Shown here piece by piece: positions 42,500 through 52,865 of a stretch of 64,000 nucleotides of DNA. The stretch is from Dehalococcoidia bacterium (lineage in GTDB: Bacteria; Chloroflexota; Dehalococcoidia; UBA2979). A program made the translations under genes and the position numbers. The number at the start of each line of letters is the position of its first letter. Position 1 is the stretch's first letter. The stretch is from NCBI GenBank assembly GCA_041674885.1, contig JBAYUZ010000001.1:37804-101803 (forward strand), written 5' to 3'. The notes under the pieces were generated by a model. That model worked only from the letters and a program-made list of their open reading frames with translations, made no database searches and was not told the DNA's origin.

Positions 42500-43774
42500 C
42501 TACCCGCCGAGCGCCTTCGCCGCGCCGAGGCCCGCGACCTGCCCGCTCGACCACGCCCACTGGAAGTTGTAGCCGCCGATGCGCCCGTCGACATCCAGCA
42601 CCTCGCCGCAGAGGTGCACGCCCGGCGCCACGCGCGACTCCATCGAGTCGAGGCGCACCTCCGCCAGCGGCACCCCGCCCGCCGTCGCCTCGGCGTTCGC
42701 CCAGCCGCGCGTCCCCGTCACCGGCACCGGCGCATCGAGCACCGCGCGCACCAGCGCACGGCGCTCCTCGCGCCGCAGCGCGTGGCCCGCCGCGCCGGCA
42801 TCGACGCCCGCCGCGTCGCACAACGCCCGCGCAAGCCGCGCCGGCAGCCCGCACTCGCCGAGGTAGCGCCCCACCGTGCGTGCCCCCAGCCCCTGCAGCG
42901 CCGCATCGAGCTGCTCCGTGCTCACGTCGGGCAGCCAGCGCACGACCATGCTTGCCCCCGCGTCGTCCGCCACCGCCGCCTGCCAGTGCCGGCTCGCGTC
43001 CATCGCCGCGGGGCCCGACAGCCCGAAGTGGGTACACAGCACCGCCCCGGCGATCGAGGCGAGGCGCTTCCCGCTGCCGCTCCGCACCTCGACCGCCGCC
43101 TCCGTGGCAATCCCCGCCAGCTCGCGCACGAAGTGGCCCTCCGCGACGGTAAGCGCGACCAACGCAGGGAACTGTCGCACGACGCTGTGGCCGAGGCTCC
43201 GCGCGAACGCGAACCCCGCGCCGTCACTCCCCGACCGCGGCAGCGACCGCCCGCCCGTCGCGAGGATCACGCGCCGCGCCTCGATCGCCCCCCACGCCCC
43301 GCGCACGAGATAAGACGCAGCCTCGTCGTCACCGACGCGCTCGATCGTCTCCACGCGGCAGGGGTGGCGAATCTCCGCGCCCGCCTCGCGCGCCGCGCGC
43401 AGCAGCGCGTCGAGCACGGTGCGCGCGCTGTCGGTGGTCGGGAAGAGCTTGCCGGTCTCCTCGCGCTTCAGCCGCACGCCCAGGTCGGCGAAGAACGCGA
43501 TCGTCTGCTCCACGGTGAACCGACGCAGCACGTTCCGGATCGCGGCGGGCGTCGAGCCCGCATACGCGCGCTCGTCCACCACGTCGTGCGTGACGTTGCA
43601 GCGCCCCCCGCCCGCGACGAGGATCTTGGCACCGAGCACGCGTGCACCATCGAGCACGATCGGTCGCGCCCCGGCGCGCCCTGCGGCGATCGCCGCCATC
43701 AGCCCCGCCGCCCCCGCCCCGACAATGACGAGGTCGACCTGTTCGACTCGTCCCGCCTCGACCGCCTCGCTCAC
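42500..43774 (-). CDS. HI0933/BaiN-family FAD-dependent oxidoreductase
   Basis: GAGAAGLMAA dinucleotide-binding motif. HI0933-like architecture. GTG start. Confidence 0.7.
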   Translation of the reverse strand: MSEAVEAGRVEQVDLVIVGAGAAGLMAAIAAGRAGARPIVLDGARVLGAKILVAGGGRCNVTHDVVDERAYAGSTPAAIRNVLRRFTVEQTIAFFADLGVRLKREETGKLFPTTDSARTVLDALLRAAREAGAEIRHPCRVETIERVGDDEAASYLVRGAWGAIEARRVILATGGRSLPRSGSDGAGFAFARSLGHSVVRQFPALVALTVAEGHFVRELAGIATEAAVEVRSGSGKRLASIAGAVLCTHFGLSGPAAMDASRHWQAAVADDAGASMVVRWLPDVSTEQLDAALQGLGARTVGRYLGECGLPARLARALCDAAGVDAGAAGHALRREERRALVRAVLDAPVPVTGTRGWANAEATAGGVPLAEVRLDSMESRVAPGVHLCGEVLDVDGRIGGYNFQWAWSSGQVAGLGAAKALGG

Positions 43775-43849
43775 GCATGCTCCTGACGCACGAAGCCCCG
43801 GCGCTGCCGGGGCTTCGTCGATTCGCCTCGTTCGAGGTGCAACGGTGTG

Positions 43850-44902
43850 CTAGCCGCCGACGGGCAGCGCCCCCGCCGCCTCGCGCAGCAGCGTCGCAGT
43901 GTCATCCCACCCGATGCACGCATCGGTGATCGAGACGCCGTACTGCAGCGCCGCGGGGTCCTTGCCCAGCGACTGGCTGCCCGGGTTCAGGTGGCTCTCC
44001 AGCATCAGCCCCACGATGTCGGCGTTCCCCGCCTCGCGCTGCTTGATGACGTCGCGGAACGCGATCGGCTGGTTGTTGTGGTTCTTCGCGGAGTTCGCGT
44101 GGCTGCAATCGACGATCAGTCGAGGCGACACCCCGGCCTTCGTCAGCCGCGCCTGCGCGTCACGTACGCTCGCGTCATCGTAGTTCGGGCCGTCGCTGCC
44201 GCCGCGCAGCACCACATGGCCGCCCGGGTTGCCGGTCGTGTGCACGACGCACACCTTGCCCGACCCGTCGATGCCGAGGAACGCGTGCGGGTTGCCCGAG
44301 GAGATCATCGCGGCCACCGCGATGTCGATGTCGCCGCTGGTGCCGTTCTTGAAGCCGACCGGCATGCTCAGCCCGCTCGACATCTCGCGGTGCGTCTGGC
44401 TCTCCGTCGTGCGCGCGCCGATCGCGACCCACGAGATGAGCCCGCCGAGGTACTGCGGGACGATCGGGTCCAGGAACTCGGTCGCGGCCGGCAGCCCCAG
44501 CTCGTTCACCTTCAGCAGCAGGCGCCGCGCCGTGCGCAGCCCCTCCTCGATGTCGAACGTGCCGTCCAGGCGCGGGTCGTTGAGCATGCCCTTCCAGCCG
44601 ACCGTCGTGCGCGGCTTCTCGAAGTAGACGCGCATCACGACGACCAGCCGGTCCTCGAGCTCCTTCGAGACCTTCGCGAGGCGCTCCGCGTACTCGATCG
44701 ACGACGCCTCGTCATGGATCGAGCAGGGGCCGACGATCATGATCATCCGCGGGTCTTCGCCGTTCAGGATGGCGCGGATCGCCCCGCGCCCGCGCAGGAC
44801 GGTCTCCGCAGCTGCGGGCGAGATCGGAAGCTCGCGCTCCAGGTCGTCGGGGGAGATCAACGGCGTCAGCTGCCTCACGTTCACGTCTGATGTCTGGGCC
44901 AT
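43850..44902 (-). CDS. aroG: 3-deoxy-7-phosphoheptulonate (DAHP) synthase, class I
   Basis: AroG/F/H-type sequence (IVGPCSIHD..., KPRTT..., CSHANS). Start at MAQTSDVNVRQL. The track ORF is a long artefactual extension. Confidence 0.85.
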   Translation of the reverse strand: MAQTSDVNVRQLTPLISPDDLERELPISPAAAETVLRGRGAIRAILNGEDPRMIMIVGPCSIHDEASSIEYAERLAKVSKELEDRLVVVMRVYFEKPRTTVGWKGMLNDPRLDGTFDIEEGLRTARRLLLKVNELGLPAATEFLDPIVPQYLGGLISWVAIGARTTESQTHREMSSGLSMPVGFKNGTSGDIDIAVAAMISSGNPHAFLGIDGSGKVCVVHTTGNPGGHVVLRGGSDGPNYDDASVRDAQARLTKAGVSPRLIVDCSHANSAKNHNNQPIAFRDVIKQREAGNADIVGLMLESHLNPGSQSLGKDPAALQYGVSITDACIGWDDTATLLREAAGALPVGG

Positions 44903-45076
44903 GGGGAGAGCAATCCTTACACAGGCGGCTGGGGTCAGCAGCCGACCACAGCCAACACGCCGGGTCGTCGCTCGTAGCGGGCAGTATAGGGCCAACCCGG
45001 CGTAATGCGTCTCCCCCACCACCGACAGGCCCCTACGAGCGCTGTCGAGGCCTACCATCGAGCCCAGAGGCTCCCC

Positions 45077-46492
45077 ATGGCGTTCCGACGCGACCTGACC
45101 TTCTTCGACGTGACGAACATCACCGTCGGCGCGATCGTCGGCGCAGACATCTACGTGGCATCCGCCATCACCGCCGGCTTGCTGGGGCCGGCCAGCATCC
45201 TCGCGTGGGTGGCCGCAGGCGTGCTCGCCACGATCCTCGCGCTCAACCTCGCCGAGTGCGCACGCCTCGTCCCCTCGGTCGGCGGGCCGTACGCCTACGT
45301 CTCCACGGCCTTCGGACGCTTCCCCGGCTTCCTGGCCGGCTGGTCGATGTGGATCGCGGAGCTCACCGCCCTCCCGGTGTTCGCGATCGCCTTCACGAAC
45401 TACCTCGGCGCATTCGCACAGCTCGGCGACGTCGAGACGCACGTGGTGCGCATCACGTTCCTGGCCGTCCTCACCGCGATCAACGTGTGGAGCGTGCGGA
45501 CGGCCGGCCGGGTGAACGACGCGCTCACGCTGCTGAAGCTTGCGCCGCTGCTGGTGATGGTTGTGGCCGGGTTCGGCTACGCCGCGCTCCACCCCGCCGA
45601 GGTCGTCGATCGCTTCACGCCGTTCGCGCCGTTCGGCTTCGCGCACTTCACGGAGTCGCTGGTGCTCATCGTCTGGGCGTACGCCGGCTTCGAGCTCTCG
45701 ACCGTCCCCGCAGGCGAGGTCGCGCACGCCGACCGCACGATCCCGCGCGCGCTCGCGGCCGGGATGGGCATCGTCACGCTCTTCTACCTCTCGACGAACC
45801 TCGTCGTGTACGCGCTGGTTCCCCACGAGGAGCTGGCGCGCAGCGCCGTCCCGCTCGCGGCAGCGGGCACCGTGCTGTTCGGTGGGCTGGGCGCCACGCT
45901 CATGTCTGCCGGCGCGATGGTCTCCGTCTCCGGCTCCGACGAGTCGGACATGCTCGGCTCCTCTCGCCTCGCATATGCGATGGCGGCGGATGGGCTGCTG
46001 CCACACCCGCTCGCCTCGCTGCACGCGCGCTTCGGAACGCCGTGGGTGGCGCTGATCGTGCAGAGCGCGATCGCCGCAGCACTCACCTTCGTCAACCGCA
46101 TCCCGACGCTGATCGGCTTCGCCGTGGTGAACCTCGCGCTCTCGTTCCTGCTGTGCGCGCTCGCGCTGCTCGTGCTGCGGCGCCGTGACCACGCGCAGCA
46201 CTCGCTGCCACGCCGAGGACTGCCGGTGCTGGGCGTGCTGGTCGCAGGCGGGCTCCTGCTCGCGTCCTCGCCCTCACAGCAGCTGACCGGCGCGGCGGTG
46301 ATCGCCGTGGGCACCGCGATCTACTGGCTGGCGCCACGCCGCACGCTCCCCCACGCGATCGAGCCGATGCTCGACCCGGAGCGCGTGCTCGCGCGGCTCG
46401 CGCGCCGACGCATGCGCTTCCTCGGCGGCCTCGTCGGGTGGTTTGGCGGGCATCGCACGCCCGCACGCTCACGCAGGAGGCGGTCGGTGTAG
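45077..46492 (+). CDS. APC-superfamily amino-acid permease
   Basis: 12-TM APC pattern. Start at MAFRRDLTFFDVTNITVG with AGAGG 6 nt upstream. Confidence 0.8.
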   Translation: MAFRRDLTFFDVTNITVGAIVGADIYVASAITAGLLGPASILAWVAAGVLATILALNLAECARLVPSVGGPYAYVSTAFGRFPGFLAGWSMWIAELTALPVFAIAFTNYLGAFAQLGDVETHVVRITFLAVLTAINVWSVRTAGRVNDALTLLKLAPLLVMVVAGFGYAALHPAEVVDRFTPFAPFGFAHFTESLVLIVWAYAGFELSTVPAGEVAHADRTIPRALAAGMGIVTLFYLSTNLVVYALVPHEELARSAVPLAAAGTVLFGGLGATLMSAGAMVSVSGSDESDMLGSSRLAYAMAADGLLPHPLASLHARFGTPWVALIVQSAIAAALTFVNRIPTLIGFAVVNLALSFLLCALALLVLRRRDHAQHSLPRRGLPVLGVLVAGGLLLASSPSQQLTGAAVIAVGTAIYWLAPRRTLPHAIEPMLDPERVLARLARRRMRFLGGLVGWFGGHRTPARSRRRRSV

Positions 46493-46548
46493 GATGCGGC
46501 TCTCCCCGCTCGCCTCGGCCGCACGGCCGCGCGCGAAGGAGCACGCCG

Positions 46549-47745
46549 ATGCCCGCGCTGGACGGCATGCGCGTCCTCGATATGACGCAGTACGAGGCCG
46601 GCACCTCCTGCACCCAGTGGCTCGCCTGGTTGGGTGCGGACGTGGTGAAGATCGAGTCGCCCAGCGGCGACCCCGGCCGAGGCGTCGCCACCGGCACCGA
46701 CCCGACGCAGTACTTCCTCAACTACAACGGCAACAAGCGCGGCATCGTCCTGAACCTCAAGCGCCCGCGCGGCCGCGAGGTGCTGCTCGACCTGGTCGAG
46801 CGGTTCGATGTGTTCGTCGAGAACTACGGCCCCGGCGTGATCGAGGCGTTCGACCTCGGCTACGAGGTGCTGCGCGACCGCAACCCCGGCCTCATCTACG
46901 GACGCATCAAGGGCTTCGGCCTCAGCGGGCCGTACGCGGGCTACAACTCCTACGACTGGGTGGCGCAGGCGGCGGCGGGCACGTTCTCCGTGACCGGCTC
47001 CCCGGACGGCCCGCCGATGCACCCCGGCCCGACGTTCGCGGACAGCGGCGCGGGCATGCAGATGGCGCTGGCGATCACCGCCGCCTACGTCCAGCGCCAG
47101 CGCACCGGCGAGGGCCAGCTGATCGAGGTGTCGATGCAGGAGGCGGTGACGGCGTTCACGCGCACGCTGGGCCTGCGCACCTGGGGCACCGAGCCCGCGC
47201 CGCGGCAGGGCATCGACCAGGGCAACCCGCCGACCTCGACCTACCCGTGCAAGGGCGGCGGGCCAAACGACTGGGCGTTCATCATGGTCACCACCACCCA
47301 GATGTGGGACGCGCTCTGCGGCGCCCTCGGCCACGCCGAGTGGGCGCTCGACCCGCGCTTCGCCACCGCCGAGGCGCGCGCGGCGCACCGCGCCGAGCTG
47401 TACGAGGGCATCGCCGCCTGGACCCGTGAGCGCACGAAGTTCGAGGTGATGGGCGTGCTCGGCCCGGCGGGCGTGCCGTGCAGCGCGGTGTTCGACACCG
47501 TGGACGTGTTCCGTGACCCGCACCTGCAGGCGCGCGGCTTCGTGCAGACGCTGGAGCACCCCTCGGTCGGGCCGGTAACGCTGCTCGGGAATCCGCTGCG
47601 CATGTCGGGCTCGCAGGTGCCGCAGCGCCTCGCGCCCGCGCTCGGCGCGCACACGCGCGAGGTGCTGCGCGACGACCTCGGCCTGGACGAGGCGGCGATC
47701 GCGGCGCTCTGTGCCGATGGCGCCATCGTCGCCCGCGAGCCGTGA
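46549..47745 (+). CDS. Family III CoA-transferase (CaiB/BaiF; formyl-CoA transferase-like)
   Basis: MRVLDMTQYEAGTSCTQWLAWLGADVVKIESPSGDP is a CaiB/Frc-type N-terminus. AAGGAG RBS. Confidence 0.8.
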   Translation: MPALDGMRVLDMTQYEAGTSCTQWLAWLGADVVKIESPSGDPGRGVATGTDPTQYFLNYNGNKRGIVLNLKRPRGREVLLDLVERFDVFVENYGPGVIEAFDLGYEVLRDRNPGLIYGRIKGFGLSGPYAGYNSYDWVAQAAAGTFSVTGSPDGPPMHPGPTFADSGAGMQMALAITAAYVQRQRTGEGQLIEVSMQEAVTAFTRTLGLRTWGTEPAPRQGIDQGNPPTSTYPCKGGGPNDWAFIMVTTTQMWDALCGALGHAEWALDPRFATAEARAAHRAELYEGIAAWTRERTKFEVMGVLGPAGVPCSAVFDTVDVFRDPHLQARGFVQTLEHPSVGPVTLLGNPLRMSGSQVPQRLAPALGAHTREVLRDDLGLDEAAIAALCADGAIVAREP

Positions 47746-47758
47746 CGCGCGAGGCGCG

Positions 47759-48751
47759 CTAGGCGCCCGCCCCAGCCGCCGAGGGAATGCGCGCCTCCGC
47801 GAAGTACTCCCGCGCCAGCGCTCGCACGCTCTCGATGTCGGGGAGCTGGAAGACCTGCGCCCGGAGCGCGCGAGAGTTGTCGCGCCCCGCCATGTAGTGG
47901 CCCAGGTGCTTCTTCATCTGCACCAGCGCCGGGTGCGGCGGGATGCGCTCCTCGATCAGGTCGAGGTGGCGCCAGACGACACGCTCGCGGTAGGCGGCCT
48001 GCGCGTCGGCATCGAGCGCCTCGTACGCCTCGTCGAAGATCCACGGCTTGCCCATCGCGCCGCGGCCGACCATCACGGAGACACAGCCGGTCTCCGCGAT
48101 CATCCGCCGCGCCTCGTCCAGCGAGGTCACGTCGCCGTTGCCGGTGACGGGGATGTCGACCGCGCGCACGACGTCGCCGATGAGATCCCACGGCGCGCGG
48201 CCCCCGAAGCGCATCATCCGCGTCCGAGGATGCACCGTGATCGCGTCGACGCCGACGTCCTGCGCCATGCGCGCGACCTCGACGGCGTTCAACTCGTGGT
48301 CGTTCCAGCCGCCGCGAATCTTGATCGTGAGCGGGACATCGACGGCGGCACGCAGCGCCGAGAGCAGCGTCGCGGTCGAGGCGATATCGCGCATGAGCGC
48401 CGCGCCCTTGCCCTGCCGCACGATCTTCGGCACCGGGCAGCCCATGTTGAGGTCGATGATCTCCGCGCCCGCCTCGACCAGCTCGATCGCGGCGGGGACG
48501 AGCGTCTCCACGCGGTTGCCGAGGAGCTGCATCGCGACGATGCCCTCGGCGGGGTCGCGCTCCATCATCAGCTCGGTGCGCGCGCTGTTGCGGTTGCGCA
48601 CCAGCGCCTCGGCGTCGATCTCCTCGTTCGTCACGAAGCCGGAGCCGCACTCGACGGCGATCAGGCGGAACGGCAGGTTCGTGTACGCCGCCATCGGCGC
48701 GAGGCGCGCGGGGCGGGCAGCAAGGAGGGCACGCAGGTCGGCTCGGTTCAT
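47759..48751 (-). CDS. dus: tRNA-dihydrouridine synthase
   Basis: Dus family (MAAYTNLPFR..., NMGCPVPKI...). Start at MNRADLRAL. Confidence 0.8.
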   Translation of the reverse strand: MNRADLRALLAARPARLAPMAAYTNLPFRLIAVECGSGFVTNEEIDAEALVRNRNSARTELMMERDPAEGIVAMQLLGNRVETLVPAAIELVEAGAEIIDLNMGCPVPKIVRQGKGAALMRDIASTATLLSALRAAVDVPLTIKIRGGWNDHELNAVEVARMAQDVGVDAITVHPRTRMMRFGGRAPWDLIGDVVRAVDIPVTGNGDVTSLDEARRMIAETGCVSVMVGRGAMGKPWIFDEAYEALDADAQAAYRERVVWRHLDLIEERIPPHPALVQMKKHLGHYMAGRDNSRALRAQVFQLPDIESVRALAREYFAEARIPSAAGAGA

Positions 48752-48793
48752 GCGTAGGATTATCGCAGCCCGCCCGCCGATGAGGATGCCGCC

Positions 48794-49567
48794 ATGCCAA
48801 CCTCGCCTTCCTCGACCGCGCCGTTCACGCTGATCGCCCATCGCGGCTACTCCGACCTGGCGCCGGAGAACACGCTGGCGGCGTTCGACCTCGCGCTGGA
48901 GCGGGGGTACGCGCACCTGGAGCTGGACGTGCAGCTCACGAGCGACGGCGTGCCGGTGGTCATCCACGACGGCCGCCTCGACCGCACCACGGACGGGACG
49001 GGGCTGCTGCGCCAGCACACGTTCGAGCAGGTGCGCGCGCTCTCGGCAGGCGCGCGCTTCGGCGACGACCCGGCACGGTTCGCGACCGAGCGCGTGCCGA
49101 GCCTCGACGAGGTGCTGACGCGCACCGCCGGTCGGGCACGGCTGCACCTGGAGCTGAAGTCGACGGAGCAGGAGCTCGCCGCCGTCGTAGTCGGGGCGCT
49201 CCGCGAGCATGGGTGGGACGCCTCGACCGGCCCGGACGAGGTGCCGGGGCTGACGCTGACCTCGTTCCACGTGGAGCAGCTGCACCGCTCACGGCGGCTG
49301 CTGCCGGCGGTGCCGCACGGCTGGCTGCTCACACGCATCACCAAGGACGACCTCGACCTCTGCCGCACGCTCGGGCTCGCCGAGATCTGCCCGCGCGCCG
49401 ACACGCTCACGCGCGAAGCGGTCGAGGCGGCCTCAGCAGCCGACCTGCGGGTGCGCGCGTGGGGCGTGCGCAACGAGGATGACCTGCGCACCGCTGCCGC
49501 GAGCGGTGCGTGGGGCACGACGGTGAACTGGCCGGAGCGCGCCCGCGCAGCCCTCGACGCGCGTTAG
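48794..49567 (+). CDS. Glycerophosphodiester phosphodiesterase
   Basis: GDPD family (IAHRGYS...ENT..ELD). Confidence 0.8.
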   Translation: MPTSPSSTAPFTLIAHRGYSDLAPENTLAAFDLALERGYAHLELDVQLTSDGVPVVIHDGRLDRTTDGTGLLRQHTFEQVRALSAGARFGDDPARFATERVPSLDEVLTRTAGRARLHLELKSTEQELAAVVVGALREHGWDASTGPDEVPGLTLTSFHVEQLHRSRRLLPAVPHGWLLTRITKDDLDLCRTLGLAEICPRADTLTREAVEAASAADLRVRAWGVRNEDDLRTAAASGAWGTTVNWPERARAALDAR

Positions 49568-49576
49568 CCGACACGC

Positions 49577-49606
49577 GATGTTTCACGCCGTTTCACGTGA
49601 AACATC
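49577..49606. terminator. Perfect 11-bp stem-loop between convergent genes (GDPD and LOG). Putative bidirectional terminator
   Basis: gatgtttcacg-ccgtttca-cgtgaaacatc. It is the only clearly AT-richer patch in this part of the window. No U-tract follows. Confidence 0.4.
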
Positions 49607-49633
49607 ACTCCGCGTGCCAGTGCGGGGTTGCAG

Positions 49634-50416
49634 CTACTCGAACAGCCACCAGCGGCGACGCGGGCGCACCTCGGGCGGGGGCGGGCCGTAGGTCATGCCG
49701 AAGCGCGTGACCGCCGCCTCGCGGATCGCGCGGGTCGCCTCCTCGATGCTGTCGGTGAAGAGCAAACGGTCGGCGTCGCGCTGCGTGATCGTGCCCTCCG
49801 GGATCAGGCGGTCGCGGATGAGCGCGCGCATCGGCTCCCAGTACTCAGTGCCGAGGAAGACGACGGGGAAGTCGCGGATCTTGCCGGTCTGCACGAGCGT
49901 CGCCGCCTCGAACGCTTCATCGAGCGTGCCGAAGCCGCCCGGCAGCACGACGAACGCGTACGAGTACTTCACCAGCATGACCTTGCGCACGAAGAAGTGC
50001 TGGAACTCGATCCACGTGTCGAGGTAGACGTTCGGCGCCTGCTCCGTGGGGAGCGTGATGTTGCAGCCGATGGAGCGACCACCGGCCTCCTTCGCACCGC
50101 GGTTCGCAGCCTCCATCAGCCCGGGGCCGCCACCGGTCATGACCGTGAAGCCCAGGTTCGCCATCGCCGCGCCCGCCTCGCGTGCCAGCGCGTAGTACGG
50201 GTGCGCCTCGCGGTAGCGTGCGGAGCCGAACACCGTCACGCACGGCCCAACGAAGTGGAGCGTGCGGAAGCCGCGAATGAACTCGATGAAGACGCGCACC
50301 GCCCACGACAGCTCCGAGAAACGCTGCTGTGGGCCGGAGAAGAACAGCCGCTCCGGAACGCGCCCATTGCCGTTCTCCGGCGCGGCCGGGGGCGGGTCGG
50401 GAATCTGCAGAACCAT
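49634..50416 (-). CDS. LOG-family protein (cytokinin riboside 5'-monophosphate phosphoribohydrolase-like, TIGR00730)
   Basis: GGGPGLMEA and PGGFGTLDE motifs. Confidence 0.8.
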   Translation of the reverse strand: MVLQIPDPPPAAPENGNGRVPERLFFSGPQQRFSELSWAVRVFIEFIRGFRTLHFVGPCVTVFGSARYREAHPYYALAREAGAAMANLGFTVMTGGGPGLMEAANRGAKEAGGRSIGCNITLPTEQAPNVYLDTWIEFQHFFVRKVMLVKYSYAFVVLPGGFGTLDEAFEAATLVQTGKIRDFPVVFLGTEYWEPMRALIRDRLIPEGTITQRDADRLLFTDSIEEATRAIREAAVTRFGMTYGPPPPEVRPRRRWWLFE

Positions 50417-50561
50417 CGCGGCCTCCTGAGCGGCGGGTGCGGGCGCGTCATTCCACGGTGTCGTGCGGGCGGTGCGCGGTCAATCGGTATGCCGCACCGG
50501 AGCCTGAGGCGATACTGCAACCAAGCCTCGTGCGTGCGCGCACGCGGGCGAGGAGGCATGC

Positions 50562-51959
50562 ATGGCAACGCTGCAGTTCGCGGGAGCGGCGGGGAACGTC
50601 ACCGGCTCCCAGTACATCCTGGAAGTCGGCGGCCTGCGGCTGCTGATCGACTGCGGGATGCACCAGGAACGCGATTTCGCGGGACGCAACTGGGAGCCGT
50701 TCGCGGTGCCACCCGAGAACATCGACGCGGTGCTGCTGACACACGCGCACCTCGACCACAGCGGCCTGCTGCCGAAGCTCGTGCGGGACGGCTTTCGCGG
50801 ACCGATCTACTGCACGCCCGCGACCGCCGACGTCACCAACATCCTGCTGCTGGACGCGGGTCGCATCCAGGAGGAGGACGCCGCCTTCAAGCGCCGCCGT
50901 CACCAGCGCGAGGGACGACGCGGGCGCAACGACGACCGGCCGCTCTACACCGCTCGCGACGCGCGGAAGGTGAGCCAGTACTTCGTCCCCACGCCGTACC
51001 ACCAGATCCTGAAGCTGGCGGACGACGTGACCGTGCAGTTCCGCGACGCGGGCCACGTCCTGGGCTCGGCGACCGTCGAGGTGCGGTGGGGCGGCCGCGA
51101 CGGGCGCAGCATCGTGTTCTCGGGCGACATCGGGCGGCCGGGGATGCCGCTGCTGCGCGACCCGGAGGCCATGCCGCCGACCGACTTCGTGGTGGTGGAG
51201 TCCACCTACGGCGACCGCGAGCACGAAGACCTCGATGGCATCGAGGAGGAGTTCGCGGGGATCATCAACGACACGGTCGACGCGGGCGGGAACATCGTGA
51301 TCCCCGCGTTCGCGCTGGAGCGCGCGCAGGAGGTGCTGTACTACCTGAAGCGGCTGCGCGACCAGCGGCGCATCCCGGCGCTGCGCACCTTCGTCGACAG
51401 CCCCATGGCGACCTCGATCACGCAGCTGTTCCGGCACCACGTCTACGAGCTGGACGAGGAGGCGCAGCGCGAGTTCCGCGGGCGCCACTCGCCGTTCGAC
51501 TTCCCAGGGCTGACGTACGTGCGCGGGATCGAGGAGTCGAAGTCGCTGAACCAGATTCGCGGCTCCTCGATCATCATCGCGGGCGCGGGGATGTGTAACG
51601 GCGGGCGGATCAAGCACCACCTGGTGACGAACATCGGCCGGCGCGAGAGCACGATCCTGTTCGTGGGCTACCAGGCGGAGGGGACGCTGGGGCGGCACAT
51701 CGTCGACGGCGACAACCCGGTGCGCATCCTGGGCGAGAACCACGACGTCGCGGCGCGCATCGCGCAGATGGAGGCGTTCTCCGCACACGCCGATCGGAGC
51801 GAGCTGGAGGCGTGGCTGCTCAACGTACAGCCGCCTCCCCGGCAGGCGTTCATCGTCCACGGCGAGGAGCACGCATCGCACTCGCTGGCGGCGCTGATGC
51901 GCGGGCACGGGATGGACGCAGTCGTCGCGCAGTACGACGAGCGCATCGAGCTCGGCTGA
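50562..51959 (+). CDS. MBL-fold beta-CASP family RNA-metabolising hydrolase
   Basis: HAHLDHSG metallo-beta-lactamase motif followed by beta-CASP and RNA-specificity-like regions. Confidence 0.8.
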   Translation: MATLQFAGAAGNVTGSQYILEVGGLRLLIDCGMHQERDFAGRNWEPFAVPPENIDAVLLTHAHLDHSGLLPKLVRDGFRGPIYCTPATADVTNILLLDAGRIQEEDAAFKRRRHQREGRRGRNDDRPLYTARDARKVSQYFVPTPYHQILKLADDVTVQFRDAGHVLGSATVEVRWGGRDGRSIVFSGDIGRPGMPLLRDPEAMPPTDFVVVESTYGDREHEDLDGIEEEFAGIINDTVDAGGNIVIPAFALERAQEVLYYLKRLRDQRRIPALRTFVDSPMATSITQLFRHHVYELDEEAQREFRGRHSPFDFPGLTYVRGIEESKSLNQIRGSSIIIAGAGMCNGGRIKHHLVTNIGRRESTILFVGYQAEGTLGRHIVDGDNPVRILGENHDVAARIAQMEAFSAHADRSELEAWLLNVQPPPRQAFIVHGEEHASHSLAALMRGHGMDAVVAQYDERIELG

Positions 51960-51991
51960 GCCGCAGGCGCAGCAGCGAGTACGATCGAGGC

Positions 51992-52507
51992 ATGCCGGAC
52001 GCTATCGACCCCACATCAGCCTCGGCGGTGCCGCCGCTGCGCTTCGTGACGCTCGCGCAGGCGCGCGCGCTGGAGTGCAACGGCTGCGGCGACTGCTGCG
52101 ACACGCGGCGCACCGACGGCTACTGGGCGTGGAGCGCACTGCCGGAGGACGGCTTCGCCTCGATGACCGGCGGGGAGCCGCTGATCATCCCGATCGAGCG
52201 CATCGAGGGCGGCGACGGCTGGCGCGACCGCGCGTGGCAGCCGGACGACGCCTCGGAGTTCCTGCCGACGCTCTTCCGCTGCTCCGCGTTCCGCGAGCAG
52301 GAGGACGGGCGCGGGCTGTGCGGTCGGCACACGCTGGAGCGCCCGAGCGTCTGCGCGGAGTTCCCGGTGCACGTGATCGGCCTCGACCGTGACGTGGCGG
52401 AGCTGGGCGAGGTGCCGCTGCTGACGGGCGCGCTGCCGCGCTGCACGTGGTATCGCATGACGGTCGTGCGCGACGACGATCCTCGAGTGGAGGCCAGCGA
52501 TGGGTGA
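51992..52507 (+). CDS. YkgJ-family CxxCxxCC cysteine-cluster protein
   Basis: CNGCGDCC motif. The start is uncertain. Confidence 0.55.
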   Translation: MPDAIDPTSASAVPPLRFVTLAQARALECNGCGDCCDTRRTDGYWAWSALPEDGFASMTGGEPLIIPIERIEGGDGWRDRAWQPDDASEFLPTLFRCSAFREQEDGRGLCGRHTLERPSVCAEFPVHVIGLDRDVAELGEVPLLTGALPRCTWYRMTVVRDDDPRVEASDG

Positions 52508-52865
52508 GCTCACGGGGGTCGTGCGCTTCACGTTCCACGACGCGGCGAGCGTGGAGGCGTTCAAGCGCATCTCGGCGGAGTGCATGGCGGTCGTGCGCGC
52601 GCAGGACATCGGCACGCTGCAGTACGACACCTACTTCAACGCCGATGAGTCGCAGGCGATGGTGATCGAGCGGTTCACCGACTCGGCGGCGCTCATCGAG
52701 CACAGCCAGCACCTCGCCGCGTTCATGGAGCCGATCCTCGCGACGGGGACGGTGAGCGGCGAGCTGCTCGGCCAGCCGAGCCCAGAGCTCGCCGCGCTGC
52801 TCACGGGCGACAACCCGCAGCTGTTCCTCCCCTACTCGTCGCTGCGCGAGGCGACCGAGGGCTAG
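52500..52865 (+). CDS. ABM-domain (antibiotic biosynthesis monooxygenase-like) protein
   Basis: About 120-aa ferredoxin-like ABM pattern. ATG overlaps the previous gene. Confidence 0.55.
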   Translation: MGELTGVVRFTFHDAASVEAFKRISAECMAVVRAQDIGTLQYDTYFNADESQAMVIERFTDSAALIEHSQHLAAFMEPILATGTVSGELLGQPSPELAALLTGDNPQLFLPYSSLREATEG

